Source: Escherichia phage vB_EcoM_ASO1B | Length of the DNA stretch: 64,000 nt | Direction: 5' to 3' (one strand) | Sequence record: MZ726792.1 | In this document: one piece after another, positions 42,797 through 53,367 of the stretch | How positions within the stretch are numbered: position 1 is the first letter of the stretch | Layout of the letters: the number at the start of each line of letters is the position of its first letter | Notes under the pieces: model-generated | Told to the model about the DNA's origin: nothing | The model's database searches: none | Seen by the model: the letters and a program-made list of their open reading frames with translations, nothing else | Program-made: the position numbers and the translations under genes

Positions 42797-43540
42797 ATGA
42801 GTAATATTATCGCATTTACTGGAAAGGCACGTTCTGGAAAAGACACCTCATGTTCTATTGTGAAGAACATCTTAGAGGATGAGCACGGCTACAATGTTGC
42901 TGTAATGGCCTTTGCAGACAACCTTAAACTGTCTGCATCAAAGATATTTGACCTGACTTGGAATGACCTGTATGGTGAAACTAAAGAGACTCCACAGGTA
43001 TTTGACTTGTCATATCCTGAACTGATGTTTAAAGTTACGGAAGCTATGGAGTTCACCTTCAGAGATGAACGTTACCATATGGACTTCAAGCTTATGTCAG
43101 AGTTAACCGGACGATTAATCATGGAGCTTAAGAAGGTTGCTAAACCAACTCTATTGACACGTCTGGGGTTTAGCAAAAAGTATAAATTCTCATCAAGACA
43201 AATTCAACAGATTTGGGGCACTGAAGTTGTCCGTAAAGTAATGGGAGACAAGTTCTGGTCTAAAGACCTTGAAAAAAGAATGGTTAGATTCTATGAAAGT
43301 TGCTCACTTAGAAATCAATATGGTTTTGTCTTAATCAGTGATTTAAGATTTGACTCTGAAGCTGAGTGGCTGAGTAGATTTGCACACCAAACTATTGAAG
43401 TAAAAAGAGACAATGTGGATAAGATTTCATCACACGTTTCAGAAAATGGGCTATCCACCAAATATGAGCGTGACATTATTCATAATAATGGTACTCTTAC
43501 AGACCTTGAGAACAAGCTAAGAGCCATCATTAAAGTTTAA
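42797..43540 (+). CDS. putative deoxynucleoside monophosphate kinase (P-loop)
   Basis: N-terminal P-loop FTGKARSGKDT; 247 aa. Confidence 0.55.
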   Translation: MSNIIAFTGKARSGKDTSCSIVKNILEDEHGYNVAVMAFADNLKLSASKIFDLTWNDLYGETKETPQVFDLSYPELMFKVTEAMEFTFRDERYHMDFKLMSELTGRLIMELKKVAKPTLLTRLGFSKKYKFSSRQIQQIWGTEVVRKVMGDKFWSKDLEKRMVRFYESCSLRNQYGFVLISDLRFDSEAEWLSRFAHQTIEVKRDNVDKISSHVSENGLSTKYERDIIHNNGTLTDLENKLRAIIKV

Positions 43541-43548
43541 AAGAGAGA

Positions 43549-43749
43549 ATGAAGATGAGAGTAAAAGACAATTTTAAAGTTATTGACCACCGTTTAGTGG
43601 AACTCTCATCTCTTTCCAATGAGGTAATGATTGAACGTCTTAAGAGAGTTGAATCACGAAGGAAAGAGATTGCAGATGAAATTCATGAACTGGACAAGAT
43701 TGAAAATGGATTGAAGGCAGAACTACAACGAAGAGGTGCTAATGTCTAA
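43549..43749 (+). CDS. hypothetical coiled-coil protein (66 aa)
   Basis: ORF in track. Confidence 0.45.
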   Translation: MKMRVKDNFKVIDHRLVELSSLSNEVMIERLKRVESRRKEIADEIHELDKIENGLKAELQRRGANV

Positions 43750-45727
43750 AGGTCGTAAATTGAAAGAGGCTGGTCAGTTTGTTGGTCATTGTGCATGTCC
43801 ACGTTGTGGTTCATCAGATGCTGGTTCAATCTATCATCATGACGATGATTCTTATTCGATGACTTGCTTTAGTTGTAACAAAGGTTTCCCAGAGTGGGAT
43901 TTTGATAAAGGACAAATCGTGAGCACTTATTCTACTGGTTCAGACAATAAAAACCGTACTTTCCGTGGGATGGATTTAGACGATGTAAAAGACAACCTTG
44001 AAGCAATGGACTTAAAGGACAGGAAGATTCCTGCAAAAGTTCTTGAGCGTTTGGGTATCAAGGTTGACATTGATAGTGACGGTGAAATTGATGCGCATTT
44101 CTACCCAACTTACAAACGCAATGAAGATGGCAAGCTAGAGCATGTTGGCTACCGTGTTCGTCACCGTTACCCAGAAGACCATCCAAAAGAGCACCTACGC
44201 GGTAAGTTAAAAGACTTTTCTGGTGGTGTTGGAGATATTAAAGGTGAACTGGCAATGTTCGGTTCATGGATTGCTCCAGAAGGTGGTAACCGCCTATTCA
44301 TCTGGGAAGGTGAGATGGAATGTGCGACAGCAATCTATATGACTTCTCTTGCGATTAAGGACAAGTCTCGTCGTAAGAATTACTGTCACGTATCTGTTCC
44401 ATCAGGTGCAAACATCAAGTCTATCAAAGATAACTATCAGTACATTACATCATTTGATGAAATTTACTTGTGCTTTGATAACGATGAAGCAGGTGCTAAA
44501 GCCACTAAAGAGGCTGCTGGTATCCTACCTATTGAGAAGGTTCGTTTATTCCAGTATCCAGAAGGTGTAAAAGACCTTAATGAATGGTGGACAAAGTTCT
44601 ATAAAGAGAAAGATACAGTTCTGGAAGGATTTAAGCAGCGTATCTACAATGCACCTCGTTACTGCCCTGCTGGTATCAAGAACTTTGCAGACGGTTTTGA
44701 TGCAATGAAGAATCGTGGTCAGATTCCATTGATTCCTTTTCCAGAATCTTTCGGAGACTTGAACAGGCTAACTTACGGTGGTTATGGTTTAGGTGAGATT
44801 ACGACTATTGCAGCACCATCTTCAGTAGGTAAGTCAGCTTACACTCGTGAGATGATTTATTCAGCTTGGAAAGAAACTGATTATAATATCGGTGTAATTC
44901 CTGTAGAAGATACCTATGAAGAGTTGATGGAAATGCTCTGTGCAATCCACCTGAGCAAACAGATTTCTGAGATTCCTTATGATGAACGGGATTGGGATGA
45001 ATTAAAGGGAGCACACGCAGAGCTTTCAAAAGGTCGTCGCATCCATATCGTTGACCATCAAGGGGCGATTGACCAAGATAACCTGCTGGAGTTTGTTGAC
45101 TATCTTGTTAACAGTTTAGACTGTAAGATTATTATTCTTGACCCTATTACATTGGCTCTGTCACGTTCTGATACGGATGAAGAGGAAGTCTTGTCTGAAC
45201 TATTGCGTCGTTGCAAACGCTACCAGTATGCACAGGTAAACGTTTGTCACGTTCGTAAGAGTGCAGGTGGTCAGAAAGCTAACTCTGAAGGTGGAGATAT
45301 CTCTGAAGAGGATATTAAGGGTTCTGGTGCGTATTTCCAGATTTCCATGAACAACATTCTGTTAATGCGTAACAAGGTTGACCCAGACCCTGTTAAGAAA
45401 AACTTGACAAAAATCAAGTTAACTAAGTGTCGTCGTCATGGTAAGTCAACAGGTATTGCTGGTCATACTTGGTACAATCCAGACACAGGACGTCTTATCA
45501 AAGCTTCTGGATGTGGTGTTGACATTGATGGTGCAGCAGAAAATATTCGTCAACAGTTTGGTATTGGTGAAGCTGAAGACCATTATGACGATTCCCTACC
45601 ACATTATGAGGATGAAGTATTTGACCGTGAAACTGGTGAAGTTTATACTGAAGAACAACGTCAAAGTTCAACAATTCCACCAGTCGTAAGTGAGGATGCA
45701 GATGACTGCCCATTCGAAACTGAGTGA
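43742..45727 (+). CDS. DNA primase-helicase (T7 gp4-like)
   Basis: N-terminal Zn finger CACPRCG ... CFSCNKGF, central TOPRIM-like region, C-terminal helicase Walker A (APSSVGKSAYT); start set at ATG 43742. Confidence 0.8.
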   Translation: MSKGRKLKEAGQFVGHCACPRCGSSDAGSIYHHDDDSYSMTCFSCNKGFPEWDFDKGQIVSTYSTGSDNKNRTFRGMDLDDVKDNLEAMDLKDRKIPAKVLERLGIKVDIDSDGEIDAHFYPTYKRNEDGKLEHVGYRVRHRYPEDHPKEHLRGKLKDFSGGVGDIKGELAMFGSWIAPEGGNRLFIWEGEMECATAIYMTSLAIKDKSRRKNYCHVSVPSGANIKSIKDNYQYITSFDEIYLCFDNDEAGAKATKEAAGILPIEKVRLFQYPEGVKDLNEWWTKFYKEKDTVLEGFKQRIYNAPRYCPAGIKNFADGFDAMKNRGQIPLIPFPESFGDLNRLTYGGYGLGEITTIAAPSSVGKSAYTREMIYSAWKETDYNIGVIPVEDTYEELMEMLCAIHLSKQISEIPYDERDWDELKGAHAELSKGRRIHIVDHQGAIDQDNLLEFVDYLVNSLDCKIIILDPITLALSRSDTDEEEVLSELLRRCKRYQYAQVNVCHVRKSAGGQKANSEGGDISEEDIKGSGAYFQISMNNILLMRNKVDPDPVKKNLTKIKLTKCRRHGKSTGIAGHTWYNPDTGRLIKASGCGVDIDGAAENIRQQFGIGEAEDHYDDSLPHYEDEVFDRETGEVYTEEQRQSSTIPPVVSEDADDCPFETE

Positions 45728-45983
45728 TAGTTACAGAAGAGAGGGGTTCACACCCTTCTTTGAAGAAAAAAGTTTAAATGAATTTCAGGAAGAGTGTTTG
45801 ACAAAGGTTGATAGGTTCTATAGAATGCTCTACATGAAATGTGATGGGGGTGTTGAGGTAGAAGAAAAGTTCCATCACAGTATGATAACAGTCACTATTA
45901 CTATACCTCGACATAATATTGGTTGGCTGTTTATAATTAAAGAAAATGTGTTTGAATATCAAGTATATCGGAGAATATCATGA
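45690..45983 (+). CDS. hypothetical protein (97 aa)
   Basis: ORF in track. Confidence 0.4.
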   Translation: MRMQMTAHSKLSDSYRREGFTPFFEEKSLNEFQEECLTKVDRFYRMLYMKCDGGVEVEEKFHHSMITVTITIPRHNIGWLFIIKENVFEYQVYRRIS

Positions 45984-46129
45984 AACACTCTAAAGCATTT
46001 GAACAAGTTTTTGGGGATTCCTTAAAAGCCACTGCTGGTAAACCAGCAAAATACTATGAAGAGAAGCGTGTAAGAACTGGAAAAACTGCACGTAAAGCAG
46101 CTTCTAAAGATAAGCACAACTTCCAGTAA
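45980..46129 (+). CDS. small basic hypothetical protein (49 aa), below ORF-track size cutoff
   Basis: Hand-translated; ATG overlaps the upstream stop (ATGA). Confidence 0.3.
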   Translation: MKHSKAFEQVFGDSLKATAGKPAKYYEEKRVRTGKTARKAASKDKHNFQ

Positions 46130-46136
46130 TTAATGT

Positions 46137-46165
46137 TTGACAATAGAGTATCAACAAATTAGAAT
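46137..46165 (+). promoter_or_regulatory. sigma70-like promoter (TTGACA-17-TAGAAT)
   Basis: TTGACA 46137-46142, TAGAAT 46160-46165, upstream of the SSB-like gene. Confidence 0.5.
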
Positions 46166-46201
46166 TGGTACTCTTCATAAATTGAGATAGAGGTTTAAAT
46201 A

Positions 46202-47059
46202 ATGTCTAAAGTTGTTAAAATGAAAGCTCCGGTAGAGAAGTACAATGGTACTGAACGTCAAACTCTGCGTTACCTTCTGAAAGATGTTTGGTTTTATTAC
46301 CTGAACACTTCACCACGTCCGGGAAAAGGTAAATCCATTGATAAGAAATTCCCAGGCAAAGACTGCAACTACAGTGTTTCAATTCTGGCAGAAGATGGTA
46401 ACAAGCTGTTTAAAGAGTTTACTAAGTCTAAGAAAAACCCAGAAGGTTGGGATAAAGTTACTACTGAAGCAGTTGATGCAGATGACTTCGAAGAGAAGTT
46501 TGGTTGTAAACCACCTTTTGAAGCAGACACTTACTACATCTTGAAAGTAAGTCGTGCAGCAGCTTATAAAGATGGTGCTGTATGGACAGCTAAACAGTCA
46601 TTCCCTGTGATGCTGATTGAAGAAGTAAATGGTAAGCGTGTAGCTGTTAAACAGCCGATGAAGAAAATCAAAGCTCAAGCATCTGATAAACATGAAGATG
46701 ACAAGAACTATGATGTAATTCATCCAGATATTGCAGTCGGTAACGGTTCTTTTGGTAGTGTGATTCTTTCTACTCACTTCTACACTTTTGAGAACAATGT
46801 TCTGACAAAACCTATTCAGGAACAGTTTATCATTGATACTCTTGTACCTTACACTGGTGGTAACGGTGCTAATGGTGAACCTGAACTGGATGAAGATGAA
46901 CTGGCTATGCTTGGTCTTGATGGTGTTGAAGATAACGGTGAAATCACTGAAGAAGACGCAACAGACCATAAACCTTCGAATGCTTCTGATGATGGTGACG
47001 ATGAAGACTTGCCAGACCCAGATGACGAAGAAGATGAAGACTTCGATACAGAAGACTAA
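46202..47059 (+). CDS. putative single-stranded DNA-binding protein (acidic C-terminal tail)
   Basis: 285 aa with highly acidic C-terminus DDGDDEDLPDPDDEEDEDFDTED, as in phage SSBs; located in the replication block. Confidence 0.5.
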   Translation: MSKVVKMKAPVEKYNGTERQTLRYLLKDVWFYYLNTSPRPGKGKSIDKKFPGKDCNYSVSILAEDGNKLFKEFTKSKKNPEGWDKVTTEAVDADDFEEKFGCKPPFEADTYYILKVSRAAAYKDGAVWTAKQSFPVMLIEEVNGKRVAVKQPMKKIKAQASDKHEDDKNYDVIHPDIAVGNGSFGSVILSTHFYTFENNVLTKPIQEQFIIDTLVPYTGGNGANGEPELDEDELAMLGLDGVEDNGEITEEDATDHKPSNASDDGDDEDLPDPDDEEDEDFDTED

Positions 47060-47079
47060 TCTCTAAAAGTTACTTTAAA

Positions 47080-47105
47080 GCCCTGTACTCAGTATGGGGC
47101 TTTTT
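47080..47105 (+). terminator. rho-independent terminator after SSB-like gene
   Basis: GCCCT-loop-GGGGC followed by TTTTT. Confidence 0.5.
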
Positions 47106-47121
47106 CATATGGAGAGCCATA

Positions 47122-48168
47122 ATGGAGAAGTACACATTAACAAAACTTCCCGATTCAGTTACACATGTTTTTATTGACTCTGACAGTATTGCCTACAAAG
47201 GTGCTTGTGTAGTTGAGAAAGCAAAATATAAATATGTCAATAAACTCACAGCAGAAGAATCTGAGCCATTTGATAATGCGAAAGATGCTGCAAGATGGTT
47301 AGCAGACCAGAGAATCCTTGTGGAAGAACTTGGCCTGACATTTGATGAAGATGAATGGGAAAGACAGACTTGGAAAGAAGCTAAGAGTGAAAAAGAAGCT
47401 ATCATGGCTACTCAACAGGTGCTTCAGGAATGGCTTAAGGTTGTTGGGAAAGAAAGAACTTGGGTAGGTTATTTAACAGAGAAAGGTGTACATAAACATA
47501 AAGACATTAAAGGTCTTGAGCACCAATATCAAGGTAACCGTAAAGATGCTGTCACACCAACACACTTAGTTGCTTGTCGTGAGTATCTTCTGTCAAGACC
47601 AGAGTTCAAATTGATTCTTGATGGATTTGAAGCTGACTCTATCGTTATTGCTAAAGCTGAAAAGATGGGAAAAAAGGCTGCCTTGATGAGTATTGATAAA
47701 GACCTTCGCCAAGCTGAAGGGACTTACTGCATTGATATGACCTATGAAAAGTCGCCTTTGATTTTTATTGCTGATAACAACGTTGGTGAAATTTGGGATT
47801 GTCCAATAAAATCGACACCAAAAGCTAAGAAGGCAGTTGGGGTAGGTTTTAAATTTCTTTGTTACCAAGCTGTGGCTGGTGATAATGCTGATAATTATTT
47901 TGGTTTAAAGGGCGTTGGTAAGGCTACTGTAATGAAAGCCCTTGAAGGTAAAACTACTTATAAAGAGTGTCTTGATGCTATCTATGAACTTTATGCTAAG
48001 AAAGAGTCCTATACTTATGTCTCGTGGGATGGTCAAACAATTACCAGAACACCTTTAGAGTTAATGCAGCAACACTTTTTCTTAGCTTATCAGGAAAGAA
48101 ACAAGAAAGACGATTTCACTTTTGATAAGTATGGGTGGACACCAAATGTTAACTCAACAAACTCTTAA
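47122..48168 (+). CDS. 5'-3' exonuclease / flap endonuclease
   Basis: YQGNRKD motif and H3TH-like GDNADNYFGLKGVGKATVMK. Confidence 0.65.
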   Translation: MEKYTLTKLPDSVTHVFIDSDSIAYKGACVVEKAKYKYVNKLTAEESEPFDNAKDAARWLADQRILVEELGLTFDEDEWERQTWKEAKSEKEAIMATQQVLQEWLKVVGKERTWVGYLTEKGVHKHKDIKGLEHQYQGNRKDAVTPTHLVACREYLLSRPEFKLILDGFEADSIVIAKAEKMGKKAALMSIDKDLRQAEGTYCIDMTYEKSPLIFIADNNVGEIWDCPIKSTPKAKKAVGVGFKFLCYQAVAGDNADNYFGLKGVGKATVMKALEGKTTYKECLDAIYELYAKKESYTYVSWDGQTITRTPLELMQQHFFLAYQERNKKDDFTFDKYGWTPNVNSTNS

Positions 48169-48646
48169 AGAATACCTGCACTATGACCCCGAAACAGGGG
48201 TCTTTACTTGGTTAGTTGGTAGAAAAGGTAAGGCCAAAGCTGGCTCAGTAGCAGGTCTTAAACATCATAGTGGTTATATCTATATAAAACTCTTCGGAAA
48301 AAGATATGCAGCACACAGACTGGCATTCTTGTATATGAAAGGATACCTCCCAAAATTTGTTGACCACAAAAATGGTATCAGGCACGACAACTGGTTCGAC
48401 AATTTGAGAGAGTGTAGCAGGTCAGACAACAACTGCAATGCAGTCAAAAGAAAAGATAATAAGTCTGGTGTGAAGGGTGTATATTACCACAAGCAAAGAG
48501 GTAGATGGGCTGCACAAGTCAAGCATAATAAAGTATGCTACCATCTAGGTTTATTTGACTCTATCACTGAGGCTGAATCAGTTGTCAAAAAGAAAAGAGA
48601 AGAACTCCATAGAGAGTTTACAAATCACGGAGAAGCTCATGAATGA
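48146..48646 (+). CDS. HNH homing endonuclease with AP2-like C-terminal domain (paralogue 2)
   Basis: YDPETGVFTW, VDHKNGIRHDNWFDNLR, C-terminal GVKGVYYHKQRGRWAAQVKHNKV; overlaps the exonuclease 3' end. Confidence 0.8.
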   Translation: MLTQQTLKEYLHYDPETGVFTWLVGRKGKAKAGSVAGLKHHSGYIYIKLFGKRYAAHRLAFLYMKGYLPKFVDHKNGIRHDNWFDNLRECSRSDNNCNAVKRKDNKSGVKGVYYHKQRGRWAAQVKHNKVCYHLGLFDSITEAESVVKKKREELHREFTNHGEAHE

Positions 48647-49143
48647 TTAAAGTTAAAGGTTTTGGGAGTTGCCCCACTTATGGTCACTGGATTTCACTAT
48701 GTGGTGAAGTTGACCCAGCAAAGCACTTTGGTTTTGTCTACCTAGTGTACTGCAAAAAGACTGGACAGTACTATTTGGGTAAGAAACAGCTTAACAGTGT
48801 GACAAAAAGAAAAGTTGCTGGGAAGACTCGGAAGAAGGTAGTCACTAAGGAGAGTGATTGGATGACTTACGAAACCTCTTCTGAGTATATTAAAAAAGAT
48901 ATTGAAAGCTTTGGAAAAGAATCTTTTGATTTTTACATTATTCAAACCTACTACACAAAAGGTGGTCTAGTTTATGGTGAAGCAAACCTTCAACATAAAT
49001 TCGATGTAATGACAAAAAGGATTGACTCTAAGCTCAGACTCTTCTACAATGCCAATATTGCAGCAATTAAGTTTATTACTAAAGAAACTTATGAAGATGC
49101 TGAAAAAAGAATCCATAAGGTAATGAAAGCAAACTGTGCTTGA
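48643..49143 (+). CDS. putative GIY-YIG-like nuclease
   Basis: N-terminal GFVYLVYCKKTGQYYLGKK resembles the GIY-(10-11)-YIG motif; directly downstream of an HNH gene. Confidence 0.4.
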   Translation: MIKVKGFGSCPTYGHWISLCGEVDPAKHFGFVYLVYCKKTGQYYLGKKQLNSVTKRKVAGKTRKKVVTKESDWMTYETSSEYIKKDIESFGKESFDFYIIQTYYTKGGLVYGEANLQHKFDVMTKRIDSKLRLFYNANIAAIKFITKETYEDAEKRIHKVMKANCA

Positions 49144-49149
49144 TAACTA

Positions 49150-49413
49150 TTGAGAGAGAATAAAATGTTTAACAAAAGTAAAGCTGTGAGTCATGTAGCA
49201 AAAGTTGATAGCAAGATTGAAGAACTTGAGCACATTCTTGCAAATGCCAGAGAGTCAATAATTAAAGAGGTTGAAGCTGTTGAATCTCAAATGCAGCACC
49301 TAATGCTTAAACGTCAAGAGCTACGTGAGCATCTGGAATATATTGAAACACGAGAGCTAAAGGTTAACAGATATTTTAAGGAGTCAGAATGTTTAACTCA
49401 AGAGAATCAGTAA
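49150..49413 (+). CDS. hypothetical coiled-coil protein (87 aa)
   Basis: ORF in track. Confidence 0.45.
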   Translation: MRENKMFNKSKAVSHVAKVDSKIEELEHILANARESIIKEVEAVESQMQHLMLKRQELREHLEYIETRELKVNRYFKESECLTQENQ

Positions 49414-50144
49414 AAAACTGGAATCTTCGTTGTGGAAACACTCAAAAGCAACCCTACAGCAATGAGTATTGGGAATCTTTGAAATCTCAATCTCTATGTA
49501 TGCTTGAAGAAGCAAAAGAGCTTGTAAAAGCAATTGAAGAGAAAGACCCCATTGAGACACTGGATGCTCAGGCAGATTTGCAATATGTTCTTGACGGTTT
49601 GATTTACCTGTCACAACATGACCATAATGGTGCTATGGAAGCTGTTTGCCATAACAATGACCTAAAATACACAGACAACTATGAAGAAGCTTTAAAACGT
49701 CTTGCAGATATCGAGAAGCGTACTGGTCAAGAGTGTATCATCAGAATGTCAGTAGTTGATGGCAAAGAATGGTATGCAATTGTTCGTGCAGCCGATGGGA
49801 AGATTATGAAGCAATCTAATCTCCCTAAAGTTCAGCTTGGTGAATACATTGTAGAACTTGAAAGCCAAGAACTTTTTGTGGTAGTATCTGAGACATGCGT
49901 TATCTGCAAAGGTATTGTATGTAGCTTAAAGGATTTGGGTGTAGATGGTTTTGTAGAAGTTAATCCAATTACCTCTAAAGCAGATAAAGATTTCTGTAAA
50001 GAGAATGGACTATGGATTGCAGATATTGTCTACTATGATGGTGAGCAGTTCCATGTAACCTCATACCCAAAACTGAATTATGATGCTAATAACCTGAAGT
50101 GCTGGTTAAAAGGGGTTGGTTATAATGGATTCACAGAACATTAA
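49389..50144 (+). CDS. hypothetical protein (251 aa)
   Basis: ORF in track; weak resemblance to MazG-like helical NTP pyrophosphohydrolase segments, not confirmed. Confidence 0.45.
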   Translation: MFNSRESVKNWNLRCGNTQKQPYSNEYWESLKSQSLCMLEEAKELVKAIEEKDPIETLDAQADLQYVLDGLIYLSQHDHNGAMEAVCHNNDLKYTDNYEEALKRLADIEKRTGQECIIRMSVVDGKEWYAIVRAADGKIMKQSNLPKVQLGEYIVELESQELFVVVSETCVICKGIVCSLKDLGVDGFVEVNPITSKADKDFCKENGLWIADIVYYDGEQFHVTSYPKLNYDANNLKCWLKGVGYNGFTEH

Positions 50145-50448
50145 TAAAGAAGGTGTGGCTCAGAAGAGCCACTTCTCAAACTACAATATCTCTATGACGG
50201 TGTTTATGAATGACCCGTTACTTGAGAAGTATGGTGAGACTCCAGATACACTTCTGGATAATGAACAAGTTTTAAAAGCAGTTCTGTACAAATACGGGAT
50301 TGATATTGAGAAAGAGTATTCTTTTGAAATCTGTCAACACAGGAATGCTTTTGGTAAAGTTGTAATGGCTCCACTCTTCATGGGTGTAGAAAGAACTGAC
50401 TATGGTTGGTTATATCTAAAAAGAAACTTGGAGAAATACCGTGTCTAA
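50116..50448 (+). CDS. hypothetical protein (110 aa)
   Basis: ORF in track. Confidence 0.45.
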   Translation: MVIMDSQNINKEGVAQKSHFSNYNISMTVFMNDPLLEKYGETPDTLLDNEQVLKAVLYKYGIDIEKEYSFEICQHRNAFGKVVMAPLFMGVERTDYGWLYLKRNLEKYRV

Positions 50449-50773
50449 AGCAAAAAAGCTATCTTATGATGACATTATCTCAGGTGCTAAATTAGGTGTT
50501 GATAGTATCGGACAAGATGTTAAGCACGGGGACACAGTCATGTACTGTGACGACAGAAGAGGCAGAAGTGCAATCTTGTTTGGAAGAGTTGTGTGCAAGA
50601 TGCGAGGTAATTACGTTGTTGAAGACATGAATGTGGATGTCACAAAACAGCTTGAAATAATTATGAATAGTAATATATCATGGTTCGTGAATTGTATGCA
50701 CACCTCTTCAGTCACAAAGGTAAGTGATAAGTTTTACGATATGTGGCAGAATGAGCAAATTTTCAAGATTTAA
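50441..50773 (+). CDS. hypothetical protein (110 aa)
   Basis: ORF in track, followed by a terminator. Confidence 0.45.
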   Translation: MSKAKKLSYDDIISGAKLGVDSIGQDVKHGDTVMYCDDRRGRSAILFGRVVCKMRGNYVVEDMNVDVTKQLEIIMNSNISWFVNCMHTSSVTKVSDKFYDMWQNEQIFKI

Positions 50774-50778
50774 ACTAG

Positions 50779-50800
50779 GGAGCCTCTTCGGAGGCTCTTT
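50779..50800 (+). terminator. rho-independent terminator (UUCG tetraloop) upstream of nrdA
   Basis: GAGCCTC-TTCG-GAGGCTC followed by TTTT. Confidence 0.65.
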
Positions 50801-50819
50801 TCATCTGTAGGATTCAAAA

Positions 50820-53054
50820 ATGATTAAGACAATTAAAAAATCAAACGGTACAGTAGTAAGCTTTGACCCAGAAAGACTGAATAAGTGGGCATCATGGGCA
50901 GATAAGCGTGGAATCATCTGGTCAGAAGTCACTATGGAAGCCATGAAACGTGTCTATGAAGGTTGCACTACAAAAGAGATGCACCAAGCTATGATTGATG
51001 TTTGTGTTGATAAACAAACTCAAGAGTACTCAGACATGGCTGGACGGCTACTTCTAGGAATTATCTACAAAGAAGCCTTTGGAGGCTTTACTAAGGTTCC
51101 TACGCTGGTTACCTTCGTTAAAAATATGGAGAGAGCAGGACTTTGGGAGAAGATGGATTACTCACAGGAAGAGCTTGAATACCTGCAAGGTTACATCGTG
51201 CACTCAAAAGATATCTCTTACGGTTATGCAGTCTTGAAACAGTTCAGAGACAAGTATGGTATCCGTGATATTAAAACGGGAAGACTTTTTGAGTCACCAC
51301 AATTTATGTTTATGGGTATGGCTATGAAAGCCTTTGAGAAGCAACCAAAGCACCGTAGACTGCAAGATGTTATCAAGCTGTACACTTACCTATCTGACCT
51401 GAAGATTAACGCTCCTACGCCTTATTTAAACGGTTTGAGGGCAACTAAATCAGGTTATGCGTCATGCTGCTTGATTAAGGCAAACGATACTGCTGAATCA
51501 CTTGGTATTGCTGCAAAGGTTGCTTATGATATGACTACAAAGCAAGCTGGTATCGGTATGCTGATGGAGACTCGCACTATTGGTGATGGTATCCGTCAAA
51601 ACACTATCGAACACATGGGTAAACTGCCTTATTACAAGCTTGTACGTTCATCTGTAGAGGCAAACAAACAGAAGAGTCGTGGTGGTTCAGCTAATAACTT
51701 CTACACTGCTCTAGACCCGCAGATTGAAGATTTACTGCGTTTGAAGCACCCTACAACGGTTCCTTCTAAACGTATTAATGAGATGGACTACTCATTCGGC
51801 ACAAACGATTATTTCTGGCAGTGTGTTCAGTATGATACAGATTGGTTGCTATTCTCTTACAAAGATGCACCAAAACTCTATGACATGTTCTACACAGCAT
51901 CTGCTGATGAGTTTGCTATGGCAGTTGGTCACGCAGTACATTCAGGAGTTAAGCACAGACGAGTCAAGGCTCGTGAAATTGCTAAGCTGTTTATTCAACA
52001 GCGTTATGCTACAGGTCGTGTGTATCCATTCTTCACTAACAACGCAAACACACATACACCATTTAAAGAACCATTGAAGATGTCAAATCTTTGTATGGAA
52101 ATTGTGTTGCCAGTGTATGGTTTTGAGAAAGAGACAGACCTTTACAGAGACGATGCTGTGAAAGAGGATGGTGAGGTGGCTCTTTGCTTCCTAGCTAGTT
52201 TGGTTGCAGGGAGAATTTCAGAAGATGAATACGCTGACGTTGCTTATTATGCTCTTGCAATGGTTGACTCCGTTATTGACCTTATGGATTATCCGTATCC
52301 ATCGATGCGCAACCATGTTCAGAAGCGTCGTTCTGTTGGGATTGGCCTTACAAATGTGGCTCATTACCTTGCGAAGAACTACGTGAACTACTCTTCACGA
52401 GCAGGTAAAACGAAACTTCATGAACTGGCAGAGATGCACTCTTACTATCTGCATGAAGCCTCTCTGAGACTTGCTAAAGAGCGTGGCGTTCCAGAGTACA
52501 TGAAGTTCACTAAGTATCCTGAAGGCTGGGTTCCTCCAAAGACAGCTAACAAGAAGATTGATGAAAAGCATGATGCAAAACTACGATATGATTGGGATGA
52601 CTTAGCACAACGTATCAAAGAAAATGGTGGAATCCGAAACTCTGTATTAGAAGCTTACATGCCTAATGAGAGTTCTTCACTGGCAACTAATACGACAAAT
52701 GGCTTGTACCCAATTCGTGACTTTATTTTAACTAAAAAGTCTGCAACTGGTAACGTGCTGTTTATTGTTCCAGATTATGAAGAGTTGAAGTATGTATATG
52801 AAATTGCTTGGGGTATTGACACCTTTGACCTGATTGATTGTTATGCAATTGTTCAAAAGTTCACTGGTCAAGCTATCTCTTCAGATTTCTATGTTGACTA
52901 CGCAAAAGCTAAGAAGGTATCATTGGCTCAAGCTTTGAAGTACATGATTTATGCCAACTCGGTAGGTATGAAAACCATGTACTACCTTAACAGTCGCATT
53001 GGTGTAGGTAAATCTGCACTGCAAGATGCTTATTGCGAGGGTTGTGGTGTTTAG
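50820..53054 (+). CDS. nrdA: ribonucleotide reductase class Ia alpha subunit
   Basis: N-terminal ATP-cone, catalytic-site NLCMEI motif, C-terminal Cys pair; 744 aa. Confidence 0.9.
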   Translation: MIKTIKKSNGTVVSFDPERLNKWASWADKRGIIWSEVTMEAMKRVYEGCTTKEMHQAMIDVCVDKQTQEYSDMAGRLLLGIIYKEAFGGFTKVPTLVTFVKNMERAGLWEKMDYSQEELEYLQGYIVHSKDISYGYAVLKQFRDKYGIRDIKTGRLFESPQFMFMGMAMKAFEKQPKHRRLQDVIKLYTYLSDLKINAPTPYLNGLRATKSGYASCCLIKANDTAESLGIAAKVAYDMTTKQAGIGMLMETRTIGDGIRQNTIEHMGKLPYYKLVRSSVEANKQKSRGGSANNFYTALDPQIEDLLRLKHPTTVPSKRINEMDYSFGTNDYFWQCVQYDTDWLLFSYKDAPKLYDMFYTASADEFAMAVGHAVHSGVKHRRVKAREIAKLFIQQRYATGRVYPFFTNNANTHTPFKEPLKMSNLCMEIVLPVYGFEKETDLYRDDAVKEDGEVALCFLASLVAGRISEDEYADVAYYALAMVDSVIDLMDYPYPSMRNHVQKRRSVGIGLTNVAHYLAKNYVNYSSRAGKTKLHELAEMHSYYLHEASLRLAKERGVPEYMKFTKYPEGWVPPKTANKKIDEKHDAKLRYDWDDLAQRIKENGGIRNSVLEAYMPNESSSLATNTTNGLYPIRDFILTKKSATGNVLFIVPDYEELKYVYEIAWGIDTFDLIDCYAIVQKFTGQAISSDFYVDYAKAKKVSLAQALKYMIYANSVGMKTMYYLNSRIGVGKSALQDAYCEGCGV

Positions 53055-53109
53055 TTTTAATAACTATGAGGGTCGTAAAAGACCCTCTAAAAATAACTTT
53101 GGAGAGACC

Positions 53110-53367
53110 ATGAAAGATTTAATAGAAAAACATGAGCGACCAATATACTTGCTCTACAAACCCCGCAAAACATTGTACTATGTGAGCAGCACAGGTATCA
53201 TGATAAAGCAGAATGATGACTTATGGGTCACTGGAGCCTCTTACATCTCTACAGCAGATGGTAAAATCTACGCAAGACCTTATGAGATGTTTAACAAAGA
53301 AAATTGGGAAGTTTTAGACAGAAAACAAGCCTTAGAAATGATAAAGAAAGGAGAAATCACGCTATGA
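53110..53367 (+). CDS. hypothetical protein (85 aa) between nrdA and nrdB
   Basis: Track ORF trimmed to ATG 53110 with GGAGAG ribosome-binding site to avoid overlap with nrdA. Confidence 0.4.
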   Translation: MKDLIEKHERPIYLLYKPRKTLYYVSSTGIMIKQNDDLWVTGASYISTADGKIYARPYEMFNKENWEVLDRKQALEMIKKGEITL